This document shows positions 41,388-51,184 of a DNA stretch of 60,844 nucleotides, piece after piece; position 1 is the stretch's first letter; each line of letters opens with the position of its first letter. Under the pieces are notes generated by a model. That model had not been told where the DNA came from and searched no databases. It saw only the letters and a list, made by a program, of their open reading frames with translations. Location of the stretch: the NCBI GenBank assembly GCA_964513715.1, contig CAZEOP010000001.1:1-60844 (forward strand), in the 5' to 3' direction. The DNA comes from an uncultured Gordonia sp. (GTDB lineage: Bacteria > Actinomycetota > Actinomycetes > Mycobacteriales > Mycobacteriaceae). The position numbers and the translations under genes are program-made.

Positions 41388-42365
41388 ATGACAGCAGACT
41401 TGAGCGCGGCCCTGCTCGATGCCCACGTCGCCTTCGCGATCCGCCAGCTGACCGGCGAGGACGAGTTCACCGCGCTCGTCCGCGAGGAGATCGAAGCCTT
41501 CTATACCGAGTCGGGCGAGCTGCCGTTGGAGACGGCGATGCCGCGCGAGCTGATCAAGGCGGTCGCGCGCAAGTACACGATGCTGTTCCCCGTGGAGGGC
41601 GCCATCCCGGAGTTGGTCGGCGAGGTGACCGCGAGGCTCTACCGGCACGAGATCCACGAGACCACCACGCTCACCGACGTACTGGAGGGTCGCCGGTTCG
41701 ACGAGTTGGCGACCACCGCGGTCGACCTGCCGTTCGCGCGCCGCGCGGTGGAACAGGTCCTGGACAGTCCGGCCACCGCCGACACCGTGGTCGAAGTGGT
41801 GCAGCGGGCCGTCGAACAGCGTTTCGGGGCGAGCCTGGGCCGGCGGCTGTCCGGCGCGGTGGAGAAGCTGACCCGGCGGGGCACCTCGTTCGTGCTGAGT
41901 TCGGCGCGCGAGGATTCCGACGAGCTGCTGCTCGACGCGGCCCGCGACTTCTGGCGTGGCCGCGGCGACGAGACCCTCGGCGGCTTCCGGGACAGCGTCT
42001 CGGAGGCCGACGTGGAGGACGCGGTGGTGCTGGTCTTCGAGTTCTGGCGCGACTTCCGGCAGACCGACTACTTCCGGACGCTGCTCGACGCCGGGATCGA
42101 CCAGGTCTTCGACACCTACGGGGCCACGCCGCTGGCCGACGTGCTCGAGGACCTGGGCATTCGCTCCGACGACTTGTACGAGGAGGCCCTGCGCTTCGGG
42201 CCGCCGGTACTGGCACGGCTCGACCGCGAGGGCATCCTGGCGGCCATCGTGCGCCGGCGTCTCGCGCCCTTCTACGCCTCCCCGGAGTTCGCCGCTGCCG
42301 CCGGAATCGGGTCCGACACCGCCGCCGGAACCGGGGCCGACACCGCCGCCGGATCCGCGGACTGA
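41388..42365 (+). CDS. Hypothetical protein (acidic, helical)
   Basis: Long GC3-biased ORF; TAGGCT -10 six nt before ATG. Confidence 0.8.
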   Translation: MTADLSAALLDAHVAFAIRQLTGEDEFTALVREEIEAFYTESGELPLETAMPRELIKAVARKYTMLFPVEGAIPELVGEVTARLYRHEIHETTTLTDVLEGRRFDELATTAVDLPFARRAVEQVLDSPATADTVVEVVQRAVEQRFGASLGRRLSGAVEKLTRRGTSFVLSSAREDSDELLLDAARDFWRGRGDETLGGFRDSVSEADVEDAVVLVFEFWRDFRQTDYFRTLLDAGIDQVFDTYGATPLADVLEDLGIRSDDLYEEALRFGPPVLARLDREGILAAIVRRRLAPFYASPEFAAAAGIGSDTAAGTGADTAAGSAD

Positions 42366-42380
42366 TCCCGAGCGATCGGG

Positions 42381-43139
42381 TCAGAGCACCTCGGACAGGA
42401 AGGTGCGCAGCCGGTCGCTCGACGGATCGTCGAACAACTGCTCCGGGGTACCGGTCTCGACGACGGCGCCCCGGTCCATGAACAGCACGTTGTCGCTCAC
42501 GCCGCGCGCGTAACCCATCTCGTGGGTCACCACGACCATCGTCATGCCCTCGCGGGACAGCTCGGTCATCAGCGCCAGCACGCCCTTGACCAGCTCGGGG
42601 TCCAGGGCGCTGGTGGCCTCGTCGAAGAACATGATCTGCGGCGACATGGCCAGTGCCCGGGCGATCGCCACCCGCTGCTGCTGGCCGCCGGACAGGTTCG
42701 CCGGCCGGGCATCGGCTTTCTCGCGCAGGCCGACCGATTCGAGCTGGGTCAGCGCCAGCTCCCGGGCCTCGTCCTTGCTCAGGCCGAGGATTTTGCGCGG
42801 AGCCAGGGCGATGTTCTCGGCGACGGTCTTGTGCGGGAACAGGTTGAAGTGCTGGAAGACCATGCCGATGCGCCGGCGCAGCTTGTCGGGATCGTCGCCC
42901 AGCACCGAGCGGCCGTCGATCAGGATGTCGCCGGACTGCGGCTCGTGCAGCCGGTTCAGCACCCGCAGCAGGGTCGACTTGCCCGAGCCGGACGGGCCGA
43001 TGACGGTGGTGGTGGTCCCGGCGTCGACGTGGATGTCCACGCCGCGCAGCACCTGGTTGTCGCCGAAGCTCAGGCTCAGGCCGGTGCCGGTGAGCGAGAC
43101 CGGGTCGGGGGTGGCCAGGGGCGTCTCGAGGGCAGTCAT
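42381..43139 (-). CDS. Polar amino acid ABC ATP-binding protein
   Basis: [50 protein letters not shown]. Confidence 0.95.
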   Translation of the reverse strand: MTALETPLATPDPVSLTGTGLSLSFGDNQVLRGVDIHVDAGTTTTVIGPSGSGKSTLLRVLNRLHEPQSGDILIDGRSVLGDDPDKLRRRIGMVFQHFNLFPHKTVAENIALAPRKILGLSKDEARELALTQLESVGLREKADARPANLSGGQQQRVAIARALAMSPQIMFFDEATSALDPELVKGVLALMTELSREGMTMVVVTHEMGYARGVSDNVLFMDRGAVVETGTPEQLFDDPSSDRLRTFLSEVL

Positions 43140-43140
43140 C

Positions 43141-44877
43141 TCAGGCCTTTCCGGTGCGCAGGCGCTTGTCGATGTAGTTCACCAGGTGGGTCAGCGGCAC
43201 GGTGAGGCACAGGTAGACGATGCCGGCGGCCACCAGCGGCGACAGATTGCCGGTCTGCGCGTTCAGATCACGGCCCACGGCGAACAGTTCGCGCTGGGTG
43301 GCCAGCAGACCCAGGAAGTAGATCAGCGAGGAGTCCTTGATGAGCACGATGAACTGGTTCATCAGGGCGGGCAGCACCCGCCGCACGCCCTGCGGGATCA
43401 CCACCCGGCTCATCGACGACCGGTAGGTCAGACCCAGCGCGCGGGCGGCCTCGAGCTGGCCGGGTTCCACGCTCTGGATGCCCGACCGGAAGATCTCGCC
43501 GATGTAGGCCGCGGCCAGCAGGGCCAGCGCGAGGGCGCCCAGCCAGTACGGATTGCCGCCGGTGAGGTTCTTCACCAGCGGACCGATGCCCAGGCCGATG
43601 ATCAGGATCACCACGACGGCCGGCAGACCGCGGAAGACATCGGTGTAGATCCGGGCCGGCCAGCGCAGCCAGCGCGAGCGCGAGATCCCGGCGACGGCCA
43701 GCAGCATGCCGGCGGCGGTGCCGAGGATGCCCGAGACCAGTGCCAGGATGAGGGTGTTCGGCAGACCGGTCTTGATCAGATCGGGGAAGGCCTTGCGGTA
43801 CAGCTCCCAGTTGAAGAAGGTGTCCTTCAGCTGTGCCCAGGTGCCCTTGGCGGCCACCGCCGGGGCATTCGGATCGGTCGCGTGCTCGGCGGCGATCGCC
43901 CGGAAGTCGGGCAGCTGCGGCTCCGGCGCGTCCTTGGAACCGGGCTTCCAGCCGGCCGGCAGTTCGCGCGGGACCCAGTCGGAATACAGCTTGGCCCAGG
44001 TGCCGTCGGCGATCACCGCGTCCAGGCCGCTGTTGAGGGCGTCGATCAGCTTCTGATCGCCCAGCGCGGTGGCCCAGCCGACGAAGTTGTTGACGCTGAA
44101 GGTGTCCTCCAGGATGGCCATGCCGTCGCCGTCCTGGATGGCGCCCGCCGCCTGCTGACTCGGGGCCACCCAGGCGTCGATCTGCCCGCTCTTGAGGTTG
44201 GCGTAGGCGGTGGCGTAATCCGGGAACTTCACCGGATCCAGCTTCAGCGTGTTGGTCACATAGTCGTCCTGGACGGTGCCCTGCACCACGCCGATCCGGT
44301 GCCCGGCGTTCAGGTCGGCGAAGCCGCGGATCGCGCCGGTCTGCGAGGCGACCAGCGAGAAGTAGCCGAAGTCGTAGCCGTTGGTGAAGCCGACGGTCTT
44401 GCGGCGCTCGGCGGTGGTGGTGATCGACGACGAGCCGACGTCGTACCGGTGATTGGCCACCTGGGCCAGCAGGCCGGCGAACTCGGTGCCGACGAACTTC
44501 ACCTTGAGGCCGAGCTTGGCGGCCACCGCCGACAGCAACTCGTTGTCGAAACCGGTGTACTGGCCGGCGCTGTTGAGGCAGATGCTCGGCGGCGCGTCGG
44601 ACAGCGTCCCGACGGTCAGGGTGCCCGGCTGTACCAAGCCCAGCGCGCTGATGTCGATCTGGTCCAGCGGCACCACGTCGGCGGTGGTGTACTGATCCAC
44701 CGCCTGCTCGGAGGTGTTGAGGTTCTCCGGGGCGGCGGCCGCGGTGGCCAGTCCCGGTGCGGCGCACAATCCGTCGTCGCCGCTGTCGGCCGATGCCCCG
44801 CACGCCGCCACGGCGAAGAGCGCGACCAGGATCGCGATCAGCGCCGGCAGCCGCCGGAGCCCAGTGAGAAAGGACAT
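43141..44877 (-). CDS. Polar amino acid ABC substrate-binding/permease fusion
   Basis: Lipobox VAAC; SBP3 (GFDNELL, SITTTAER) plus permease (YIGEIFRSGI, IKDSSL). Confidence 0.92.
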   Translation of the reverse strand: MSFLTGLRRLPALIAILVALFAVAACGASADSGDDGLCAAPGLATAAAAPENLNTSEQAVDQYTTADVVPLDQIDISALGLVQPGTLTVGTLSDAPPSICLNSAGQYTGFDNELLSAVAAKLGLKVKFVGTEFAGLLAQVANHRYDVGSSSITTTAERRKTVGFTNGYDFGYFSLVASQTGAIRGFADLNAGHRIGVVQGTVQDDYVTNTLKLDPVKFPDYATAYANLKSGQIDAWVAPSQQAAGAIQDGDGMAILEDTFSVNNFVGWATALGDQKLIDALNSGLDAVIADGTWAKLYSDWVPRELPAGWKPGSKDAPEPQLPDFRAIAAEHATDPNAPAVAAKGTWAQLKDTFFNWELYRKAFPDLIKTGLPNTLILALVSGILGTAAGMLLAVAGISRSRWLRWPARIYTDVFRGLPAVVVILIIGLGIGPLVKNLTGGNPYWLGALALALLAAAYIGEIFRSGIQSVEPGQLEAARALGLTYRSSMSRVVIPQGVRRVLPALMNQFIVLIKDSSLIYFLGLLATQRELFAVGRDLNAQTGNLSPLVAAGIVYLCLTVPLTHLVNYIDKRLRTGKA

Positions 44878-44908
44878 GGGACCTGACCCTATCGGTCAGG
44901 TCCCATGT
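44874..44908. promoter_or_regulatory. 15-bp perfect inverted repeat spanning the -10 and start codon of the ABC gene
   Basis: ACATGGGACCTGACC-CTATC-GGTCAGGTCCCATGT. Confidence 0.7.
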
Positions 44909-44964
44909 GATGCCGAATAAGAATCACTCGGCGAGAAAAATCATTTCGCCCGAAGGGCTCCGGG

Positions 44965-45285
44965 TCAGTGCGCGGCCTCGTAGGCGGCGATGATCTCGGC
45001 CGGGATGCGGCCGCGGCTGCTCACGGTGTGACCGTTCTCGTTGGCCCAGGCGCGCACCGCGCGGGTGTCCACCTTGCCGGCCGTGGCGCGACGGGTGGTG
45101 CGCCCGCCCACCGACCGCGAGACCGCGACGTACTTCGCGACCGAGTCGCGGAATTCCGCGGCGTTGGCCGGGGAGGTGTCGAATTCGTAGTTCTTGCCGT
45201 CGATGCTCCACCGGATGGTTTCGTATTCGTCCAGTTCGGCGCCGTCGATATCGTCGACGATCTGGATCTTGGTGCGCTTAGCCAT
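44965..45285 (-). CDS. lsr2: Lsr2 family nucleoid-associated protein
   Basis: MAKRTKIQIVDDIDG, YEFD, VRAWANENG..VSSRGRIP AT-hook. Confidence 0.92.
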   Translation of the reverse strand: MAKRTKIQIVDDIDGAELDEYETIRWSIDGKNYEFDTSPANAAEFRDSVAKYVAVSRSVGGRTTRRATAGKVDTRAVRAWANENGHTVSSRGRIPAEIIAAYEAAH

Positions 45286-45448
45286 GAATGACCTTTCGGT
45301 GGAGTTCGGCGTGATTCGCAGACGCGGATTTCGTCGTGAATCGATTGACGCGACCGAGTCTACAAGAAGAATGGGCCCGACGATATGCGCCGCGCGAGCG
45401 ATCGGGTCCGCGGATGGCCCCAGTCAGGTGGCTCACAATGGCCGTCGG

Positions 45449-46255
45449 TCAGCGCGTGGGAATGATCGACGAGGTCGGCTCGATCGAGGTCCGCGGCGGT
45501 GCCGAGGAGGCCGAACCGCCGCTCAATTGCGGTGAAACCCGGTCGTCGGCGTGGATATCGGAATATCCGGACCGGGTGATGGCGAAGCCGTTTCCCGAGC
45601 GCGATTCCAGACAGTAGAGACCGTCCACGTCGGACAGACAGGAGAAATCGCCGGCCGAGATGGCCGAGCCGTATTCCAGAATGTGCGAGCGGTAGAGCAC
45701 CGGATACAGATTGGCGCAGGCCCCGGCGGCCGGCCCGTCGGCGCTGAGCACCAGCAGATCGCGCTGCCAGGTGCAGCCGTCCGGCGTGCCCGGGCCGGGT
45801 GACGGCCGACCGCCGATGGCGTCGCCCGCGCAGGCCAGCGACCGGGTGCCGGCGTTGCCGGTGGAACAGCGCACCGCGCGGTCGGGGGTGGAGAAGTGCA
45901 CCCCGGAGACGCCGTCGACGCGCTCGCCGGCCGGGGAGGTCGCGCCGATGTGGAAGCTGCTGACGCCCACGCGCGGTGCCGAGCCGATGACTCCGGCGTA
46001 GCTGTCGCCGGCCGGCACCGTATACGACGGCGACTCCCGGTCCTCGCGCCGTGACGTGGTCGTGGTCGTGGTCGGTGCCGCCGACTCGGTGATCAGCGCA
46101 TCGGTGCCGGGGATCTCGATGGCGGTCGGGCGTCCCTCCTCGGTGAGCAGGCCGCAACCGGCGGCGGCGAAGACCAGTGCCAGGCCGGCCGCCAGTGCGG
46201 CCGAGCGGGCCGGGCCGGTGCCGAGGCTGCGTCCGCTGGATCCGTACCCTTGCAC
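45449..46255 (-). CDS. Putative lipoprotein
   Basis: Lipobox AAGC, Thr-rich linker, Cys-containing FSTP..C...LEYG.....FSC......C domain; start uncertain. Confidence 0.75.
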   Translation of the reverse strand: MQGYGSSGRSLGTGPARSAALAAGLALVFAAAGCGLLTEEGRPTAIEIPGTDALITESAAPTTTTTTSRREDRESPSYTVPAGDSYAGVIGSAPRVGVSSFHIGATSPAGERVDGVSGVHFSTPDRAVRCSTGNAGTRSLACAGDAIGGRPSPGPGTPDGCTWQRDLLVLSADGPAAGACANLYPVLYRSHILEYGSAISAGDFSCLSDVDGLYCLESRSGNGFAITRSGYSDIHADDRVSPQLSGGSASSAPPRTSIEPTSSIIPTR

Positions 46256-46256
46256 T

Positions 46257-47108
46257 GTGGCCACCCCCAAGATCGTGCTCTTCTATGTGTTCACGCCGCT
46301 CGCCGACCCCGAGGCCATCCGGCTCTGGCAGTCCGCGGTCTGCGAATCGCTGGGATTGCGCGGCAGGATCATCGTGTCACCCCACGGGATCAACGCGACA
46401 GTGGGCGGCGATCTCCCCGACGTCAAACGATATGTGCGGGCCACCCGCGGGTATCGGCCTTTCGCCGATGCCGACATCAAGTGGTCCGAGGGCGTGGGTG
46501 ACGATTTCCCGCGGCTGAGCGTGAAGGTGCGGCCCGAGATCGTCACCTTCGGGGTGCCCGAGGAGGTGAAGGTCGTCGGCGACGGGGTGCTCGGCGGCGG
46601 CGAGCGATTGACGCCCGAGGAATTGCATTCCCTGGTCGAGCAGCGCGATGACGTCGTCTTCCTCGACGGTCGCAATGCGATCGAGGCTCAGATCGGCCGT
46701 TTCGCCGGCGCCGTCGTACCGCCGGTGACCACCACGCGTGATTTCGTTCCGCTGATCGACAGCGGTGCGCTCGACCATTTGAAAGACCGGCCGCTGGTGA
46801 CCTATTGCACCGGCGGTGTGCGCTGTGAAGTACTCAGCGCGCTGCTGCGCAATCGTGGATTCGGCGAGGTCTATCAACTCGACGGCGGCATTGTCAGGTA
46901 CGGCGAGAAGTACGGCGACGACGGACTCTGGGAGGGTTCGCTCTACGTCTTCGACAAGCGCATGAGCGTCGAATTCTCCGATCACGCCGCCGTCATCGGC
47001 GTCTGCGCGCAATGCGGTGAGCCGACCAGCCGGATCGCCAATCATCCCGATGAACTCGGCCGTGAACTGGCGGTGCTGTGCACCGGCTGCCGGCCGGAAT
47101 CGCCGTGA
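46257..47108 (+). CDS. trhO: Rhodanese-related tRNA hydroxylase (TrhO/YceA)
   Basis: [47 protein letters not shown]. Confidence 0.9.
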   Translation: MATPKIVLFYVFTPLADPEAIRLWQSAVCESLGLRGRIIVSPHGINATVGGDLPDVKRYVRATRGYRPFADADIKWSEGVGDDFPRLSVKVRPEIVTFGVPEEVKVVGDGVLGGGERLTPEELHSLVEQRDDVVFLDGRNAIEAQIGRFAGAVVPPVTTTRDFVPLIDSGALDHLKDRPLVTYCTGGVRCEVLSALLRNRGFGEVYQLDGGIVRYGEKYGDDGLWEGSLYVFDKRMSVEFSDHAAVIGVCAQCGEPTSRIANHPDELGRELAVLCTGCRPESP

Positions 47109-48174
47109 CCGCCGGGATCCCGGTGGTGGTGCTCGCCGGCTTTCTCGGGGCGGGTAAGACGACGGTCCTGAATCATCTGCTCCGGCGCAGCGGCGATCGC
47201 CGCTTCGGGGTGCTGGTGAACGACTTCGGCTCGGTCAACATCGATGCGCTCCTGGTCTCCGGGCGTAGCGCGGGCACGGTGGAGCTCTCCAGCGGCTGCA
47301 TCTGCTGCACCACCGATGCGGACGGCCTGAGCGAGGCGCTCGGGACACTGGCGGCCTCCGGGGTGGATGCGATCGTGGTGGAGGCCAGCGGCATAGCCGA
47401 GCCGAAGGCGCTGATCCGGATGGTGCTGGCTGCGCGGGATGCGCGCATCGCCTACGGCGGTCTGGTCTACGTCGTCGATGCGGCGAACCTCCCCGGAACC
47501 CTGGAGCGGCATCCGGCGGTGCGCGAGCATCTGGCGGTGGCCGATCTGGTGCTGTGCAACAAGGCCGACCTGGCCGGCGCGGCCGGGACCGCGGCGGCGG
47601 TGGCGCTGGTGCGCGAGGTCAATGCGACGGCGCCGGTGCTGGCGGTGACGCGCGGTGCCGTCGACCCGGGCCTGTTCGCCGACCCGGCGGGGCGGGTCGG
47701 CGAGGACGTCGCCCGGCAGTTGACGCTGGGCGATCTGGAGGAGGCACTGGCCGGCGACGACCCGGCCGCCCGCGATGTCCACTCCCACGACTGCCGCTCC
47801 CACGACGGCGACGCGCACGGGCACTTGCACGACGGCTTCGAGTCGGTGGCGCTTCAGACGCCCGAGGCGGCCGATCCGCGCCGGCTCGCGCAGCTGCTGG
47901 AGCGCCCGCCGGCGGGGGTGTACCGGATCAAGGGACTGGCCCGGATCGATCTGCCGGGGCATCGCGGACGCGCCTACGAGGTGCACGCGGTGGGCGGCTT
48001 CGTGCAGGTGGCGACCCGCCGGTGGCCGGGTGAGCCGGCCACCGAGCTGGTGCTGATCGGGGCGGGTATGGATGCGTCGCTGCGCGCGCCGCGCTCGAGG
48101 ACGTGTGCCGGCCCGCCGACCCGGACGATGTGAACGGGATTCTGCACCTGACCCGGCATCTCGCGCAGCCCTGA
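47105..48174 (+). CDS. CobW/COG0523 GTPase; apparent 1-nt frameshift near 48078 (annotated frame stops at 48133)
   Basis: [27 protein letters not shown], His-rich loop, YRIKG; shifted frame continues [18 protein letters not shown]. Confidence 0.85.
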
Positions 48175-48331
48175 ACCACCGTCGGGAGCCCGGGCCCGCG
48201 GTCCCGGTCACGAGGGCCTAACGATTCGCCGGTGTGACCCGGATCGGGTTGCCCCGCGGACCGGATCACTGTTTCACTTGTTACAGAAGTGGCCAGTGTG
48301 ATTTCTGGTGAGATCAAGGGGTTTTTCAGTG

Positions 48332-49399
48332 ATGTCTGTCGATTCTGTCCGTCGTCGTGCGCCCATGCGCGGCCGTCCGGTGCTGCGCCGAGCGCACACC
48401 CTGACCGGTGTCGCCGCGGTGGGTCTGCTGGCCACCGGCCTGCTGGGAGCGCCCGCGCAGGCCGCTCCGGCCGCCGGGCCGCTGACCGGCCGCACCGTGT
48501 TCCTGGATCCGGGACACCAGGGTTCGGCCGAGGGGCACCAGCTCAACAAGCAGGTGCCGGACGGGCGCGGCGGCACCAAGGACTGCCAGACCACCGGCGC
48601 GACCGCCGAGAACGGTGTCAAGGAGCACACCATCAACTGGAACGTCGCCCAGTTGGTCAAGGCGGCGCTGGAGGGCGACGGCGCCCGAGTCGTTTTGAGC
48701 CGCAACAACGACACCGGCTGGGGCGGCTGTGTCGACGAGCGGGCGGCCGCGGCCAGTGCCTCCGGCGCCGACATCGCGGTCAGTCTGCACGCCGATTCGA
48801 CTACGCAGGGCGCCGATCAGGGGCGGTCCGGCTTCCACCTGATCGTGCCGAACCTCCCGGTCCCGGATGCGACTGTCTCGTCGGTGCAGGCCGGCAACGG
48901 CCGCCGGGCGAGTGAGAACATGCGCGACGCGCTCAAGAAGGCGGGCTTCACCCCGGCCAACTACGGCGGCGCCAAGGACGGCATCGTGGCGCGGTCCGAC
49001 ATCGCCGGGGTCAACCTGACCAAGGTGCCGGTGGCCTTCGTCGAGATGGGCAACCTGTCGAACCCGGGTGAGGCGCGCGCGCTGTCCTCCCCGGACGGCG
49101 CCGCCAAGTACGCGCTCGCGGTGACCAACGGCATCAAGAGCTATCTCGGGACCGCCCCGGCCTCGGCGCCGGTGCCGTTGAAGCCGGGCGAGGTGACCCA
49201 GCCGGTCACCGACGAGGGCGCCGTGGACGTGGCCGGCCTGGCCGCGCTCGGCCCGCTGATCCAGCAGCTGAGCACCGCCAAGAACCTGAAGGACGCGCAG
49301 GCCATCCTGGCCGCGCAGGGCTCGGATGTGGCCTCGGACGTGCTCCGGTCCATCCTCGCCGTCGTCTACGCGGTCTTCGGCGGCAAGCTCCCGGTCTGA
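48332..49399 (+). CDS. N-acetylmuramoyl-L-alanine amidase (Amidase_3, Rv3717-like)
   Basis: VFLDPGHQG, KEHTINW, SLHADS, VEMGNL; signal peptide. Confidence 0.92.
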   Translation: MSVDSVRRRAPMRGRPVLRRAHTLTGVAAVGLLATGLLGAPAQAAPAAGPLTGRTVFLDPGHQGSAEGHQLNKQVPDGRGGTKDCQTTGATAENGVKEHTINWNVAQLVKAALEGDGARVVLSRNNDTGWGGCVDERAAAASASGADIAVSLHADSTTQGADQGRSGFHLIVPNLPVPDATVSSVQAGNGRRASENMRDALKKAGFTPANYGGAKDGIVARSDIAGVNLTKVPVAFVEMGNLSNPGEARALSSPDGAAKYALAVTNGIKSYLGTAPASAPVPLKPGEVTQPVTDEGAVDVAGLAALGPLIQQLSTAKNLKDAQAILAAQGSDVASDVLRSILAVVYAVFGGKLPV

Positions 49400-49415
49400 T
49401 CGGGACGCCTGAGCC

Positions 49416-49542
49416 GCTCGACGAAGCCCGCCTCGCCATCGCGCGCGGCGGGCTTCGCGCATCGCGCGGGGTTCGTCGAGCCGGCGGGCCACTGGCGGTT
49501 CGCCGAGCTCGGCGAACCGCCCTCCCGCGCGCGGGGGAGGGC
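49416..49542. repeat. Cluster of intergenic hairpins including a 28-bp loopless palindrome
   Basis: GGCGGTTCGCCGAG|CTCGGCGAACCGCC (49494-49521); GCTCGACGAAGCCCGC..GCGGGGTTCGTCGAGC; GCCCTCCC..GGGAGGGC. Confidence 0.75.
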
Positions 49543-49592
49543 GCGACGAGGGTCCGTGCGGGACGTGGCGCGGGCCACTACAGTCGGAGGAC

Positions 49593-50558
49593 ATGGCCCT
49601 CTCCCTGCCGAGTTTCAAGACCGTCCGCGAGCTGTTCTACATGCCGACGCCGGTGCCGACGTTTCGTGGCCGGAAGGTGCTGATCACCGGTGCCGCCAGC
49701 GGGATCGGGCGGGCGACCGCGCTGGAGGTGGCCCGCCGCGGCGGTGAACTGGTATTGACCGATGTCCAGGCGGGTGCGCTCGACCAGGTGGTCGCCGAGA
49801 TCACCGGGTCCGGCGGCACCGTCCTGTACCACCGTCCGGGTGACCTGTCCGACTACGAATGGGTCGCCGCCTTTGCTCGCGGTGTCGACGCCGAGGTCGG
49901 TGTCATGGACGTCGTGATGAACGTGGCGGGCATCTCCGCGTGGGGCACCGTCGAGAATCTGACGCACCGGCAGTGGCGGCGGATGGTCGACGTGAACCTG
50001 ATGGGCCCGATCCACATCATCGAGTGCTTCGTGCCGCAGATGGTGCGCCGGGGCGCGGGCGGACAGCTGGTCAACGTCTCATCCGCGGCCGGCCTGCTGG
50101 CGCTGCCGTGGCACGCGGCGTACAGCGCCAGCAAGTTCGGCATCCGGGGCGTCTCGGAGGTGCTCCGCTTCGATCTGCGGCGGCACGGCATCGGTGTCAG
50201 TCTGGTCTGCCCGGGCGGCGTGTCCACGCCGTTGGTCGGGACCGTCGAGATCGCCGGGCTGGATCGGGACAACCCGGTGATCGCGAAGCAGATCGACGGC
50301 TTCCACCGGATCGCCGTGACCCCGGAGTCGGCGGCGCGATCGATCTGCCAGGGCGTCGAGAAGAACAAGTACCTGGTCTACACGTCGTTCGACACCCGCT
50401 TCGGCTACTGGTGGGCCCGCAAGTTCGCGCTGCCCTACGAGGTCGTCATGCGGATCGCGAACAACCGGTTCGACCAGTTGGCCCGGATCAGCGCGATCGG
50501 TGCCGCCGACCGGGCCGCCGACGCCCCGGCGGCGCCGGCCGTCGAACGTCGCGACTGA
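49593..50558 (+). CDS. SDR family oxidoreductase
   Basis: TGAASGIG, NVAG, VNVSS, YSASK. Confidence 0.93.
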   Translation: MALSLPSFKTVRELFYMPTPVPTFRGRKVLITGAASGIGRATALEVARRGGELVLTDVQAGALDQVVAEITGSGGTVLYHRPGDLSDYEWVAAFARGVDAEVGVMDVVMNVAGISAWGTVENLTHRQWRRMVDVNLMGPIHIIECFVPQMVRRGAGGQLVNVSSAAGLLALPWHAAYSASKFGIRGVSEVLRFDLRRHGIGVSLVCPGGVSTPLVGTVEIAGLDRDNPVIAKQIDGFHRIAVTPESAARSICQGVEKNKYLVYTSFDTRFGYWWARKFALPYEVVMRIANNRFDQLARISAIGAADRAADAPAAPAVERRD

Positions 50559-50566
50559 CGGCGCGC

Positions 50567-51121
50567 ATGACCGACGTCCTCGTGGTCTCGGCGACTCGCG
50601 CCGAGGCGGCCCACGTCCCGGCCGGAGCGCCGCTGCTCATCACCGGAATGGGGAAGCTGCGTGCGGCCACCGCGCTGGTCCGCCACCTGGCCGAGCGGCC
50701 GGGCCGGTATCGCCGGGTGGTCAACATCGGCACCGCCGGCGCGCTGCACGAGCGGCACGGCGGCCTGTATCTGCCGTCGAGGGTGATTGAGCACGACATC
50801 TCCGCGACCGAACTGGCCGCGATCGGCTACCCGGTGACCGACACCTGGGAACTGCCCGGCGGTGACGGGACCGTGCTGGCCAGCGGCGACACCTTCGTCG
50901 CCGACGCCGCGGTTCGGGATCGGCTGGCACGGCGCGCCGATCTGGTCGACATGGAGGGCGCCGCGGTGGCCCACGTCTGCGGCGATTTCGGCATCCCCGT
51001 CCGGCTGGCCAAGGTGGTCAGCGACCACGCCGACGACGCGGCGATGGACTGGCCGGCCGCGATCGACGCGGCGGCCCGCTCGCTGGCCGAGTGGCTGATA
51101 GACACCGACTTCGGCGACTGA
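50567..51121 (+). CDS. Nucleosidase (MTA/SAH nucleosidase-like, PNP fold)
   Basis: TGMGK, VNIGTAG, SGDTFV, VDMEGAAVA, KVVSDHAD. Confidence 0.88.
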   Translation: MTDVLVVSATRAEAAHVPAGAPLLITGMGKLRAATALVRHLAERPGRYRRVVNIGTAGALHERHGGLYLPSRVIEHDISATELAAIGYPVTDTWELPGGDGTVLASGDTFVADAAVRDRLARRADLVDMEGAAVAHVCGDFGIPVRLAKVVSDHADDAAMDWPAAIDAAARSLAEWLIDTDFGD

Positions 51122-51184
51122 GTCGGGGATCGGGCGCAGCAGCCCGGACGGTCCGGTCCGGAGTGATCGGGCAGGTGCGCCCGG

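Noticed and set aside
48262-48330. AT-rich GTTTCAC/GTTACA motifs upstream of the amidase (MtrA/GlnR-like)
   Set aside because: Spacing does not clearly match a consensus, so no regulator can be assigned from sequence alone
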